NCBI RefSeq assembly: GCF_000026545.1
Contig: NC_011601.1
Strand: one strand, 5' to 3'
DNA: 64,000 bases
Source of the DNA: Escherichia coli O127:H6 str. E2348/69
GTDB taxonomy: Bacteria > Pseudomonadota > Gammaproteobacteria > Enterobacterales > Enterobacteriaceae
The notes under the pieces were generated by a model. That model did not search any database, had not been told where the DNA came from, and saw only the letters and a program-made list of their open reading frames with translations. Shown here piece after piece: positions 25,571-39,001 of this stretch. Position 1 is the stretch's first letter. Every line of letters starts with the position of its first letter. Both the position numbers and the translations under genes were made by a program.

Positions 25571-27196
25571 GTGCACTGGCAAACTCACACCGTTTTTAAT
25601 CAACCTATACCATTAAATAACAGCAACTTATACCTGTCTGATGGCGCGCTCTGCGAAGCGGTAACGCGTGAAGGTGCTGGCTGGGATAGCGATTTTCTAG
25701 CCAGTATTGGTCAGCAGTTAGGGACGGCTGAATCCCTTGAACTGGGGCGGCTGGCGAATGTGAATCCGCCTGAATTATTGCGCTACGATGCGCAGGGGCG
25801 GCGTCTGGACGATGTGCGTTTTCACCCCGCCTGGCACCTGCTGATGCAGGCGCTATGTACCAATCGGGTGCACAATCTTGCCTGGGAAGAAGACGCTCGC
25901 TCCGGCGCATTTGTGGCGCGCGCGGCGCGTTTTATGTTGCACGCACAGGTTGAGGCAGGGTCGTTATGTCCGATAACGATGACCTTTGCCGCCACGCCAT
26001 TGCTGTTACAGATGTTACCCGCGCCGTTTCAGGACTGGACCACGCCGCTGTTGAGCGATCGCTACGATTCTCACTTATTGCCAGGTGGGCAAAAACGCGG
26101 TTTGTTGATTGGCATGGGAATGACGGAAAAGCAGGGCGGTTCCGATGTCATGAGCAACACCACCCGCGCAGAGCGCCTGGAAGATGGCTCTTATCGGCTG
26201 GTGGGGCATAAATGGTTTTTCTCGGTGCCGCAAAGCGATGCGCATCTGGTGCTGGCGCAGACTACGGGCGGTTTGTCCTGCTTTTTTGTGCCGCGCTTTT
26301 TGCCTGACGGGCAACGCAACGCGATTCGCCTCGAGCGGCTGAAAGATAAGCTGGGTAATCGCTCTAACGCCAGTTGCGAAGTGGAGTTTCAGGATGCCAT
26401 TGGCTGGTTGTTAGGGCAGGAAGGGGAAGGAACTCGTCTGATCCTGAAAATGGGAGGGATGACGCGTTTTGATTGCGCCCTGGGTAGCCATGCCATGATG
26501 CGCCGTGCATTTTCGCTGGCGATTTATCATGCACATCAACGCCATGTTTTTGGTAATCCATTGATCCAACAGCCTCTTATGCGTCATGTCTTAAGTCGCA
26601 TGGCACTTCAGCTTGAAGGGCAAACGGCGTTGCTGTTTCGTCTTGCGCGAGCGTGGGACCGGCGTGCCGATGCCAAAGAAGCCCTGTGGGCGCGTTTATT
26701 TACGCCTGCGGCGAAATTTGTGATCTGCAAACGTGGCATTCCGTTTGTGGCCGAAGCGATGGAGGTGCTGGGCGGCATTGGTTATTGCGAGGAGAGCGAG
26801 CTGCCGCGGCTTTACCGGGAGATGCCGGTAAACAGTATTTGGGAAGGTTCCGGCAATATTATGTGCCTGGATGTGCTGCGCGTTCTCAATAAGCAAGCGG
26901 GCGTATACGACTTATTGTCGGAAGCATTTGTGGAAGTGAAAGGGCAGGATCGCTATTTTGATCGCGCGGTTCGTCGTTTACAGCAGCAGCTGCGTAAGCC
27001 AGCTGAAGAATTGGGGCGAGAGATTACTCATCAGCTATTCCTGCTGGGCTGCGGTGCGCAAATGTTGAAATATGCCTCTCCGCCAATGGCGCAGGCGTGG
27101 TGTAAGGTGATGTTAGATACGCGCGGCGGCGTACGGTTGTCAGAGCAGATCCAGAATGATTTATTGCTGCGGGCGACGGGAGGAGTGTGTTTGTAA
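25571..27196 (+). CDS. aidB: Adaptive-response flavoprotein AidB (acyl-CoA dehydrogenase family)
   Basis: ORF 25553..27196; recalled AidB begins (V)HWQTHTVFNQPIPLNNSNLYL at GTG 25571. Confidence 0.92.
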   Translation: MHWQTHTVFNQPIPLNNSNLYLSDGALCEAVTREGAGWDSDFLASIGQQLGTAESLELGRLANVNPPELLRYDAQGRRLDDVRFHPAWHLLMQALCTNRVHNLAWEEDARSGAFVARAARFMLHAQVEAGSLCPITMTFAATPLLLQMLPAPFQDWTTPLLSDRYDSHLLPGGQKRGLLIGMGMTEKQGGSDVMSNTTRAERLEDGSYRLVGHKWFFSVPQSDAHLVLAQTTGGLSCFFVPRFLPDGQRNAIRLERLKDKLGNRSNASCEVEFQDAIGWLLGQEGEGTRLILKMGGMTRFDCALGSHAMMRRAFSLAIYHAHQRHVFGNPLIQQPLMRHVLSRMALQLEGQTALLFRLARAWDRRADAKEALWARLFTPAAKFVICKRGIPFVAEAMEVLGGIGYCEESELPRLYREMPVNSIWEGSGNIMCLDVLRVLNKQAGVYDLLSEAFVEVKGQDRYFDRAVRRLQQQLRKPAEELGREITHQLFLLGCGAQMLKYASPPMAQAWCKVMLDTRGGVRLSEQIQNDLLLRATGGVCL

Positions 27197-27253
27197 GCGT
27201 ATACGACTGATGCGACGCTGGTTTCGATTAACTAAATGAAATATTTTAAAATT

Positions 27254-27290
27254 GTAGGCCGGACAAGGCGCTCGCGCCGCATCCGGCATT
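27254..27290. repeat. REP (repetitive extragenic palindrome) element
   Basis: GTAGGCCGGACAAGGCGCTCGCGCCGCATCCGGCA, canonical REP-like palindrome between aidB and yjfN. Confidence 0.75.
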
Positions 27291-27312
27291 GTTCATTTGC
27301 AGTAGATGATAC

Positions 27313-27588
27313 TCACGCATACAGTATCGCCTGTACGCGCCAGTTATCAGGCTGCTGGTCTTCGTACATGGTAATAATGCGGTACCATGACGCACCTTGT
27401 TCATCGGCCTTTAACGCCACGATACGTTCCACGTCCTGCGGATCCCCTGAAATATTGCTAACTGAGATCTGACCTATTTCATTCAGGCCCGTCACGCAGT
27501 CAGCACTGGCGAATTCTGCAGACTGTGCCGTGGCGCTCGCAGGATAAGTCACTAATTGCAGCGAGGGTGAGGCAAGTAATTGTTTCAT
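27313..27588 (-). CDS. yjfN: DUF1471 (YhcN/BhsA-family) periplasmic protein YjfN
   Basis: ORF 27313..27615; start at MKQLLASPSLQLVTYPASA (signal peptide). Confidence 0.82.
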   Translation of the reverse strand: MKQLLASPSLQLVTYPASATAQSAEFASADCVTGLNEIGQISVSNISGDPQDVERIVALKADEQGASWYRIITMYEDQQPDNWRVQAILYA

Positions 27589-27736
27589 CGTCAGCTCCAT
27601 TTTTCGTTTCCCCACATGTTGCAGGGCATTCCATCGCGGTAATAAACGCCCGAGCTTCCAGCCGGTAATTTATTGTGCACAGGTAAACGCATAGGGACGC
27701 AAAGCAATGTAAAGCTGACTATGTAAGTTGTCTGAT

Positions 27737-28066
27737 TTATTTACGGTACAAAATGGCTTGTGAATACCACTGTCCTGTCACGATGGTTTCGTCCACCATG
27801 ACGACAACGTAATAATCAGCTTTTGCAGCGACAGCTTTCGCTCTGATTTCTGCTAATGCGTCATCCGGAGAACCCCGAACCATCGTGCTTACGCTACCTA
27901 TTCGCTGTAACCCTTGCGTCTGGTCGCGGCGAATCTCTTGCGGATGGTCCGTTACTGGCGGTGCTGGCTGTGGCGTACCTTGCAGTGCGCTACAGGCACT
28001 TAACATCAACACCAATAATAAACTGGCAAACCGGTAAATAACGCTATTACGTTTCCTGCTAACCAT
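27737..28066 (-). CDS. bsmA: Biofilm stress and motility lipoprotein BsmA (YjfO)
   Basis: ORF 27737..28165; start at MVSRKRNSVIYRFASLLLVLMLSAC (lipobox LSAC) at 28066. Confidence 0.82.
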   Translation of the reverse strand: MVSRKRNSVIYRFASLLLVLMLSACSALQGTPQPAPPVTDHPQEIRRDQTQGLQRIGSVSTMVRGSPDDALAEIRAKAVAAKADYYVVVMVDETIVTGQWYSQAILYRK

Positions 28067-28247
28067 AGTGTAGTGCCTTATTAATTTAACTTTGGGGGAA
28101 TGTTCCCGAATTGTTACCTGGTACGCGATTTTCGAATGAAAACGTGACGAAAGCGTAACCCACATCTCAACATTATGAACTAATACCGCCAGCAGAAACT
28201 TGTGCTAAGGATTTCTTCATGTCATACCAGACAAAAAGGAGAGACAG

Positions 28248-28997
28248 ATGATTGAAATAGAATCACGCGAGCTGGCAGATATTCCCGTTCTTCATGCTTA
28301 TCCTGTCGGGCAAAAAGATACCCCGTTACCGTGTGTGATTTTTTATCACGGCTTTACTTCGTCCAGTCTGGTGTATAGCTATTTTGCCGTTGCGCTGGCG
28401 CAGGCTGGTTTGCGGGTGATCATGCCGGATGCGCCCGATCACGGTAGCCGTTTTAGTGGCGACGCAGCGCGGCGGTTAAATCAATTCTGGCAAATCTTGC
28501 TACAAAGTATGCAGGAATTCACTACCTTACGTGCGGCAATAGCCGAAGAAAACTGGCTGCTTGATGACCGTCTGGCAGTCGGTGGCGCGTCGATGGGCGC
28601 GATGACGGCACTGGGAATTACCGCTCGCCACCCCACGGTAAAATGTACCGCCAGCATGATGGGATCGGGCTATTTTACATCGCTCGCCCGTTCACTGTTT
28701 CCACCGCTGATACCTGAAACGGCAGCACAGCAGAATGAATTCAATAACATTGTCGCGCCGCTGGCAGAGTGGGAAGCGACAAACCACCTGGAACAACTTG
28801 GTGACAGACCTCTACTGCTGTGGCATGGCCTTGACGATGACGTCGTGCCTGCCGACGAATCACTACGTTTGCAGCAGGCCTTAAGCGAGACGGGGCGGGA
28901 TAAACTGCTAACCTGTTCATGGCAGCCAGGCGTGCGTCACCGCATTACGCCTGAGGCGTTAGATGCTGCCGTGACATTTTTCCGCCAGCATCTTTAA
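28248..28997 (+). CDS. yjfP: Esterase YjfP (alpha/beta hydrolase)
   Basis: 249-aa ORF with GGASMGA nucleophile-elbow motif. Confidence 0.88.
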   Translation: MIEIESRELADIPVLHAYPVGQKDTPLPCVIFYHGFTSSSLVYSYFAVALAQAGLRVIMPDAPDHGSRFSGDAARRLNQFWQILLQSMQEFTTLRAAIAEENWLLDDRLAVGGASMGAMTALGITARHPTVKCTASMMGSGYFTSLARSLFPPLIPETAAQQNEFNNIVAPLAEWEATNHLEQLGDRPLLLWHGLDDDVVPADESLRLQQALSETGRDKLLTCSWQPGVRHRITPEALDAAVTFFRQHL

Positions 28998-29749
28998 ACA
29001 CGCATAATGCTGACCCCTTGCGCTTCCAGCTGTTGCAGGATTTCCGGGTTAGCATTTTTGCCGGTGATCAGCATATCGATTTGATCGGCACGGCTAAAAA
29101 GCATTCCCGCGCGTTCGCCAATCTTACTGCTATCAACCAGTACCACCAGTTTCCCTACCACGCTCAGCATCTTCTGCTCTGCCATTGCCGTCAGCATATC
29201 GGTTTTATACAACCCTTCTGCTGTCAGTCCTTTGCCGCTGGTAAACATCCAGTGCCCGGCATAGAGACTGTTTTCGCTGCCCTGCGGGCTTAAGGTGATG
29301 GACTGGCTTTTGTTGTACTGTCCGCCCATAATGATCACGCTGTCATGTTCCTGATCGATCAGGTAGTTTGCCAGTGGTAGATAATTAGTGATGATTTGCA
29401 CTGGCTTGCCACACATTTCCCGCCCAAGCAGAAACGCGGTGGAGCCGCAGTTGATGACTACGCTTTCGCCCGGATTAACCAGCTGCGAGGCCGCTTTAGC
29501 AATACGTACTTTTTCATCGTGATTCTGCGCTTGATGCAGATTCATCGGCGTCCAGCGCGGGCGCTGTTGGGTAATAGCTTCTGCGCCATTGCGCACTTTT
29601 TTCAGTTTGCCGCTTTCGTCAAGTTTATTGATATCGCGTCGTGCAGTGGCGGGCGAAATTCCCAGACGCTCAACGACTTTCTCAACGGTCACAAAGCCCA
29701 ATTGTGCGAGCATTTCCAGGAGGATTTGATGTCTTTGTGCTTCAGTCAT
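28994..29749 (-). CDS. ulaR: DeoR-family repressor of the ascorbate utilisation (ula) regulon
   Basis: 251-aa ORF; N-terminal HTH ([29 protein letters not shown]), DeoR C-terminal sugar-binding domain. Confidence 0.92.
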   Translation of the reverse strand: MTEAQRHQILLEMLAQLGFVTVEKVVERLGISPATARRDINKLDESGKLKKVRNGAEAITQQRPRWTPMNLHQAQNHDEKVRIAKAASQLVNPGESVVINCGSTAFLLGREMCGKPVQIITNYLPLANYLIDQEHDSVIIMGGQYNKSQSITLSPQGSENSLYAGHWMFTSGKGLTAEGLYKTDMLTAMAEQKMLSVVGKLVVLVDSSKIGERAGMLFSRADQIDMLITGKNANPEILQQLEAQGVSIMRV

Positions 29750-29856
29750 GAGCTATTCCGATAAAATTTGATTTTTTTAGATGATATTTGAAATAGCCAG
29801 GAAATACTATGCCGGATAGCGCGAGCATCTCCACGCTATCCGGTACAAGCGACAGA

Positions 29857-30921
29857 TTACAGGAACGACTTGAACGGCAGATCTGGTTCAATAGTGAAGC
29901 AATCATCGAAACCACGCGGATAGTGGTACTCGAAGTTGTCTTTATCCAGCGGCCAGGTAAATTTGCCGCCGACCTGCCAGATAAACGGCTTGAAGCCATA
30001 CTTCAGGCGATCTTTTTTCATCTCCCACAGCACGCGGATCTCTTGCGGATCGGCCTGGAAGTTTGACCAGATATCGTGGTGGAACGGGATCACTACTTTC
30101 GCATTCAGCGCTTCGCCCATACGCAAGATATCAGCACTGGTCATTTTGTCGGTAATACCGCGTGGGTTTTCGCCGTATGAACCTAAAGCCACGTCGATCT
30201 GATGCTCATTACCATGTTTTGCATAGTAGTTAGAGTAGTGGGAGTCGCCGCTGTGATACAGGGTACCGCCTGGGGTTTTGAACAGATAGTTCACCGCGCG
30301 ATCGTCCATGCCGTCCGGCAGTACGCCAGCCGCTTTTTGATCGGCAGGCAGGGTGATCAGTGCCGTACGGTCGAAAGCATCAAGTGCATGAATTTCAATG
30401 TCTTTTACCTTCACTACGTCGCCCGGTTTAACGACGATGCAACGCTCTTTCGGTACGCCCCAGCCAATCCACAAATCAACGCAAGTTTTCGGTCCAATGA
30501 ACGGTACGTCATCAGCACAGTTCTGCATCACGGCAGCAGCGACGTTAACGTCGATATGATCGTTGTGATCGTGAGTCGCCAGTACCGCGTCGATCTGGCG
30601 AATCGCAAACGGATCAAGAACAAACGGGGTGGTGCGCAGGTTTGGCTGCAGTTTTTTCACGCCAGCCATGCGCTGCATCTGGTGACCCTGTTTCATGAAC
30701 GGGTTACCGTGGCTTTGTTTGCCAGTACCGCACCAAAAATCAACACAAACGTTGGCACCGCCTTCTGATTTCAACCAGATCCCGGTACAGCCGAGCCACC
30801 ACATTGCGAAAGTGCCAGGTGCGACCTGCTCTTGCTCAATTTCTTCATTCAGCCAGCTACCCCACTCCGGGAAAGTGCTCAGGATCCAGGACTCACGGGT
30901 GATACTTTTCACTTTACTCAT
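29857..30921 (-). CDS. ulaG: L-ascorbate-6-phosphate lactonase UlaG (metallo-beta-lactamase fold)
   Basis: ORF 29857..30927; start at [21 protein letters not shown]; HDHNDH metal-binding motif. Confidence 0.93.
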
Positions 30922-32673
<1,752 letters not shown>

Positions 32674-32688
32674 TAAGGAGTTTTGATT

Positions 32689-32994
32689 ATGACCGTACGT
32701 ATTCTGGCTGTGTGTGGTAACGGACAAGGCAGTTCCATGATCATGAAAATGAAAGTGGACCAGTTTTTAACCCAGTCGAACATCGACCACACGGTAAACA
32801 GCTGCGCGGTTGGCGAATACAAAAGCGAGTTGAGCGGTGCGGATATCATCATCGCTTCTACCCATATTGCGGGCGAAATCACCGTGACCGGCAACAAATA
32901 TGTGGTTGGCGTGCGCAACATGCTCTCTCCTGCTGATTTTGGCCCGAAACTGCTGGAAGTGATCAAAGAGCATTTCCCGCAGGACGTGAAGTAA
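32689..32994 (+). CDS. ulaB: Ascorbate-specific PTS EIIB component
   Basis: 101-aa [16 protein letters not shown] (phospho-Cys site). Confidence 0.93.
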
Positions 32995-33003
32995 GGACGC
33001 GCC

Positions 33004-33468
33004 ATGAAATTACGTGATTCGCTGGCTGAAAATAAATCTATCCGCCTGCAAGCGGAAGCAGAGACATGGCAGGACGCAGTGAAAATCGGCGTTGATCTGC
33101 TGGTAGCGGCAGATGTGGTAGAGCCGCGTTACTACCAGGCGATTCTGGATGCGGTTGAACAGCACGGCCCGTACTTTGTGCTCGCACCCGGCCTGGCAAT
33201 GCCGCACGGACGCCCGGAAGAGGGGGTTAAGAAAACTGGTTTTGCGCTGGTGACGCTGAAAAAGCCGCTGGAGTTCAACCACGAAGATAACGATCCGGTG
33301 GATATCCTCATCACCATGGCGGCGGTTGATGCCAACACTCACCAGGAAGTGGGCATCATGCAGATCGTCAACCTGTTTGAAGATGAAGAGAATTTCGACC
33401 GTTTACGTGCCTGCCGTACCGAGCAGGAAGTACTGGATCTCATTGACCGCACCAACGCGGCAGCTTAA
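33004..33468 (+). CDS. ulaC: Ascorbate-specific PTS EIIA component
   Basis: 154-aa PTS EIIA-2 fold ORF. Confidence 0.93.
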   Translation: MKLRDSLAENKSIRLQAEAETWQDAVKIGVDLLVAADVVEPRYYQAILDAVEQHGPYFVLAPGLAMPHGRPEEGVKKTGFALVTLKKPLEFNHEDNDPVDILITMAAVDANTHQEVGIMQIVNLFEDEENFDRLRACRTEQEVLDLIDRTNAAA

Positions 33469-33481
33469 GAAGGAATTGAAC

Positions 33482-34132
33482 ATGTCATTACCGATGTTAC
33501 AAGTCGCGCTGGACAACCAGACTATGGATAGCGCCTACGAAACCACTCGCCTGATTGCCGAAGAAGTCGACATTATCGAAGTGGGCACCATTCTTTGCGT
33601 AGGCGAAGGCGTGCGTGCGGTTCGTGACCTGAAAGCGCTGTACCCGCACAAAATCGTACTGGCTGACGCCAAAATTGCCGATGCAGGAAAAATCCTTTCT
33701 CGCATGTGCTTCGAAGCCAACGCTGACTGGGTGACCGTAATTTGCTGTGCGGATATCAACACCGCCAAAGGCGCGCTGGACGTGGCAAAAGAGTTTAATG
33801 GCGACGTGCAGATCGAACTGACCGGCTACTGGACCTGGGAACAGGCGCAGCAGTGGCGCGACGCAGGCATTGGGCAGGTGGTTTATCACCGCAGCCGTGA
33901 CGCGCAGGCCGCAGGCGTGGCATGGGGCGAAGCGGATATCACCGCGATCAAACGTCTTTCCGATATGGGCTTCAAAGTTACCGTCACTGGTGGTCTGGCG
34001 CTGGAAGATCTGCCGTTGTTTAAAGGCATTCCGATTCATGTGTTTATCGCTGGTCGCAGCATTCGTGATGCCGCTTCTCCGGTGGAGGCCGCACGTCAGT
34101 TCAAACGTTCCATCGCTGAACTGTGGGGCTAA
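33482..34132 (+). CDS. ulaD: 3-keto-L-gulonate-6-phosphate decarboxylase
   Basis: ORF 33326..34132; start at [26 protein letters not shown] (ATG 33482); OMP-decarboxylase-like. Confidence 0.93.
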   Translation: MSLPMLQVALDNQTMDSAYETTRLIAEEVDIIEVGTILCVGEGVRAVRDLKALYPHKIVLADAKIADAGKILSRMCFEANADWVTVICCADINTAKGALDVAKEFNGDVQIELTGYWTWEQAQQWRDAGIGQVVYHRSRDAQAAGVAWGEADITAIKRLSDMGFKVTVTGGLALEDLPLFKGIPIHVFIAGRSIRDAASPVEAARQFKRSIAELWG

Positions 34133-34141
34133 GGAGCGGAT

Positions 34142-34996
34142 ATGTTGTCCAAACAAATCCCGCTTGGCATCTACGAAAAAGCACTCCCCGCTGGGGAGTG
34201 CTGGCTGGAACGACTGCAACTGGCAAAAACGTTAGGCTTCGATTTTGTCGAGATGTCAGTAGATGAAACGGACGATCGCCTTTCGCGCCTCGACTGGAGC
34301 CGCGAGCAGCGTCTGGCACTGGTGAATGCGATTGTTGAAACCGGCGTGCGCGTACCGTCCATGTGCCTTTCTGCTCATCGTCGTTTCCCGCTGGGAAGCG
34401 AAGATGACGCGGTGCGGGCCCAGGGGCTGGAGATTATGCGTAAAGCTATCCAGTTCGCCCAGGACGTCGGCATTCGCGTGATCCAACTGGCGGGCTATGA
34501 CGTTTACTATCAGGAAGCCAATAACGAAACGCGTCGTCGTTTTCGTGACGGCCTGAAAGAGAGCGTTGAGATGGCGAGCCGCGCGCAGGTCACACTGGCG
34601 ATGGAGATCATGGATTACCCATTGATGAACTCCATCAGCAAGGCGCTGGGCTACGCACACTATCTCAACAATCCGTGGTTCCAGCTCTACCCGGATATCG
34701 GCAACCTGTCGGCGTGGGACAACGACGTGCAGATGGAGTTGCAGGCTGGAATCGGGCACATCGTCGCGGTGCATGTGAAAGACACCAAACCAGGCGTCTT
34801 CAAAAACGTGCCGTTTGGCGAAGGCGTAGTGGATTTCGAACGTTGCTTCGAAACGCTCAAACAGAGTGGCTATTGCGGGCCGTACCTGATTGAGATGTGG
34901 AGCGAAACGGCGGAAGACCCGGCGGCAGAAGTAGCGAAAGCGCGTGATTGGGTGAAAGCGCGCATGGCCAAAGCAGGCATGGTGGAGGCGGCATAA
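34142..34996 (+). CDS. ulaE: L-ribulose-5-phosphate 3-epimerase
   Basis: 284-aa xylose-isomerase-like TIM-barrel ORF. Confidence 0.93.
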   Translation: MLSKQIPLGIYEKALPAGECWLERLQLAKTLGFDFVEMSVDETDDRLSRLDWSREQRLALVNAIVETGVRVPSMCLSAHRRFPLGSEDDAVRAQGLEIMRKAIQFAQDVGIRVIQLAGYDVYYQEANNETRRRFRDGLKESVEMASRAQVTLAMEIMDYPLMNSISKALGYAHYLNNPWFQLYPDIGNLSAWDNDVQMELQAGIGHIVAVHVKDTKPGVFKNVPFGEGVVDFERCFETLKQSGYCGPYLIEMWSETAEDPAAEVAKARDWVKARMAKAGMVEAA

Positions 34997-35676
34997 TGCA
35001 AAAGCTGAAACAGCAGGTGTTTGAGGCCAACATGGAGCTGCCGCGTTACGGGTTGGTGACCTTTACCTGGGGCAACGTCAGCGCTATTGACCGTGAACGC
35101 GGGCTGGTGGTGATCAAGCCCAGCGGTGTCGCCTACGAAACCATGAAAGCGGACGATATGGTAGTGGTCGATATGAGCGGCAAGGTGGTGGAAGGGGAAT
35201 ATCGCCCGTCTTCCGACACCGCCACGCATCTCGAACTCTACCGTCGTTATCCGTCGCTTGGTGGTATTGTCCATACCCACTCCACTCATGCTACCGCATG
35301 GGCGCAGGCGGGGCTGGCGATCCCGGCGTTAGGCACCACGCACGCCGACTACTTCTTTGGCGATATCCCGTGTACGCGCGGATTAAGCGAAGTGCAGGGC
35401 GAGTACGAACTGAACACCGGCAAAGTAATTATCGAAACGCTGGGCAACGCCGAGCCGCTGCATACACCGGGGATTGTGGTGTACCAGCACGGGCCGTTCG
35501 CCTGGGGGAAAGATGCTCACGATGCGGTGCATAACGCGGTGGTGATGGAAGAAGTGGCAAAAATGGCGTGGATTGCCCGCGGCATTAACCCACAATTGAA
35601 TCACATCGACAGCTATCTTATGAATAAACACTTCATGCGTAAGCATGGTCCCAACGCTTATTACGGGCAGAAGTAA
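34996..35676 (+). CDS. ulaF: L-ribulose-5-phosphate 4-epimerase
   Basis: ORF 34948..35676; ATG at 34996 overlaps the ulaE stop (TAATG); class II aldolase/adducin fold. Confidence 0.9.
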   Translation: MQKLKQQVFEANMELPRYGLVTFTWGNVSAIDRERGLVVIKPSGVAYETMKADDMVVVDMSGKVVEGEYRPSSDTATHLELYRRYPSLGGIVHTHSTHATAWAQAGLAIPALGTTHADYFFGDIPCTRGLSEVQGEYELNTGKVIIETLGNAEPLHTPGIVVYQHGPFAWGKDAHDAVHNAVVMEEVAKMAWIARGINPQLNHIDSYLMNKHFMRKHGPNAYYGQK

Positions 35677-35746
35677 AACACGCGCTGCGGAAATTTCCTT
35701 CTTCGGGAGATAACTGGTCTAATTCCGCAGCCGTTTTTCAAAAAAA

Positions 35747-35764
35747 GCCCCCTGCGAAGGGGGC
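35747..35764 (-). terminator. Intrinsic terminator of yjfY (minus strand)
   Basis: GCCCCCT-gcga-AGGGGGC hairpin with A7 upstream on plus strand (a T-tract after the hairpin on the minus strand); a second inverted repeat GCTGCGGAA...TTCCGCAGC plus T-run at 35687-35737 may terminate ulaF. Confidence 0.7.
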
Positions 35765-35804
35765 AAAGCAAACTATGGCAATGTTTCGTTGGTTATACCT
35801 GGTG

Positions 35805-36080
35805 CTAGCGATAAATATCCGCGCTGGCGTGCATATTGCCGTTACTTCCCGGTTCCCGCATCAGAATCACGTGGTAGTACGTTGCGCCCTGCGCATCTGT
35901 TTCTTCATTTAATGCCTGACGTGCTTCACTTTCAGTGGCGAAATTATGATTGATATAAATCACGCCTAAGCTTTGCACATCATCCATATTTCTGGCCTGG
36001 TGGTTATTAATTTCAATGGCTGCCCATGTATTTGCACTTAGCAAAAGCACAGCCAGAAGGGCTAAAACTCGACTGAACAT
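35805..36080 (-). CDS. yjfY: DUF1471 (YhcN/BhsA-family) protein YjfY
   Basis: ORF 35805..36149; start at MFSRVLALLAVLLLSANTWA (signal peptide) at 36080. Confidence 0.82.
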   Translation of the reverse strand: MFSRVLALLAVLLLSANTWAAIEINNHQARNMDDVQSLGVIYINHNFATESEARQALNEETDAQGATYYHVILMREPGSNGNMHASADIYR

Positions 36081-36388
36081 AGATACCTCCTCGACGGCTG
36101 ACTTTATGTGCTCTCCTCTGTGATGATCTTCTGATTTAATTTTAATCAATGATAAAGAAGTTGATGGTGACCATTTCTGATGCAGTTGTTCAAAAAAACA
36201 CCATGATGAATTGTGATGAACTCCAAATCAGCGGTTTAGAGGTTATTTGCGAAAGGGGAGATTTATTTCGGCTCTGCCCTTGAGTTTAGCGGGGTATGTC
36301 AGTACTATAACGCGTCATTTTTCAGCCGACCTTTAACACGTTCCTTGCCTCCCCGGGATTCGGCTGACCCAGACAGGAGGCTGAATAA

Positions 36389-36802
<414 letters not shown>

Positions 36803-36808
36803 TTTCTG

Positions 36809-37355
<547 letters not shown>

Positions 37356-37384
37356 TCGGTCACGGTCCATTAATACGACTTTGA

Positions 37385-37846
<462 letters not shown>

Positions 37847-37867
37847 TTCGTTATTCAACGAGACGTA

Positions 37868-37900
37868 AAAACGCCGACCAGTGGTCGGCGTTTTGCTTTT
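37868..37900 (+). terminator. Intrinsic terminator of the rpsF-priB-rpsR-rplI operon
   Basis: CGCCGACCA-g-TGGTCGGCG perfect 9-bp stem followed by TTTTGCTTTT. Confidence 0.85.
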
Positions 37901-38206
37901 AAGTGATAAAAACCGCAGAAACAGACGTTCCCTCCATAAATCTCTTGTTATTCCTTTTATAAAAAGTTCGCAGTACCCATACCTGGCCCCCAGCCTCGCC
38001 GCTGGTAGTTCGTGTCATGTTTTTTACGCGTAAAACACGACAAAAGCATCAATACAGCGATCGTCTCCCTTGTATGATAATAAAAACAATATGTTATATA
38101 TGAATGTGCTGTTATTTTATTGTTTTTATATATAAAAGGATAAAATATCATCACTTTCGTAATCTTGAACGCTTTGCAGGTGCGTTCAATCCAATAAATG
38201 CTAATA

Positions 38207-38227
38207 TTATGGCTATCATAGCCATAA
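38207..38227. promoter_or_regulatory. Perfect 21-bp palindrome, candidate operator upstream of the HipB-like gene
   Basis: TTATGGCTAT-C-ATAGCCATAA (10-bp arms, 1-bp centre) 20 bp upstream of ORF start 38248; flanked by two ~24-bp near-identical direct repeats (38132-38155 and 38223-38246) containing TAAAAT. Confidence 0.5.
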
Positions 38228-38247
38228 AAAGATAAAATATTATCACT

Positions 38248-38727
38248 ATGGGTAAAAAAACAGCACCGTTACTCCCTTATACGAATCAGATGCTTAGTGA
38301 ATTTGGTGAGCGGCTGAAACTTGCTCGTTTACGACGCAGGCTTACCGCAAAGCAAGTTGCTGAACGTGCTGGGATGTCGCCAATAACATTGCGCTCTCTG
38401 GAGTCAGGAAGTGCAGGGGTCACGATAGGGGCATATTTGTCTGTGATGCAGGTTTTGGGCCTGGAAACGGATTTAAATAAGCTTGCAGCTGAAGACGACT
38501 TAGGGCGTCAGCTCCAGGATTCCCGTTTGATTAAAAAAAGAGGGCTTTCTCGTTCATCAGGTAAAAATGAAGAAGGTATTCAGACAGACCCTTTTCAAAC
38601 GAGGTATGAGAAAGAAGGTTTACTCACCACGGATTTAACAGCACTGGCAGAAGGCTCAACGCCATCTATTACAGGAGAAACATCAACCTCTCTTGCAGCA
38701 CTATTAAAACCGATAAAAAACCGTTAA
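38248..38727 (+). CDS. HipB-like Xre-family HTH protein with long low-complexity C-terminal extension (candidate antitoxin/regulator)
   Basis: 159-aa ORF; [44 protein letters not shown]; start uncertain (alternative ATG at 38290); immediately upstream of HipA-like ORFs. Confidence 0.7.
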   Translation: MGKKTAPLLPYTNQMLSEFGERLKLARLRRRLTAKQVAERAGMSPITLRSLESGSAGVTIGAYLSVMQVLGLETDLNKLAAEDDLGRQLQDSRLIKKRGLSRSSGKNEEGIQTDPFQTRYEKEGLLTTDLTALAEGSTPSITGETSTSLAALLKPIKNR

Positions 38728-38740
38728 AAGGAAATTAATT

Positions 38741-39001
38741 ATGGCATTAATCGGAGTGTATGCGGATTGGGAAGGCCTGGATGGTCCGGAGCGGATTGGT
38801 TATTTACACAGTCGCCGCACTCGGACGCGTGAGATATTTGAGTTTGAGTACGATAAAAAGGCGCTTGCAGATCCTTCACTTAATTTCATTCAGTTAGATC
38901 CTGAAATAATGTTGTATGAGGGAGCACAGTACCCAATTCCTCCAAAGGATAAATTTGGTGCATTTAGTGATTCCTGCCCGGATCGTTGGGGCGTATGCTA
39001 A
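38741..39001 (+). CDS. HipA N-terminal-subdomain-like ORF (HipS-like), or 5' part of a frameshifted hipA-family gene
   Basis: 86-aa ORF ending FSDSCPDRWGVC*; resembles HipA N-subdomain; overlaps the next ORF by 16 nt in another frame. Confidence 0.6.
   Translation: MALIGVYADWEGLDGPERIGYLHSRRTRTREIFEFEYDKKALADPSLNFIQLDPEIMLYEGAQYPIPPKDKFGAFSDSCPDRWGVC

Noticed and set aside
33497-34219. 240-aa minus-strand ORF antisense to ulaD
   Set aside because: Fully nested antisense to a well-supported ula gene; no motifs
37901-38247. Possible integrase/att site or tRNA at the island boundary next to rplI
   Set aside because: No tRNA-like sequence, integrase ORF or long direct repeat found; only an A/T-rich promoter-like tract
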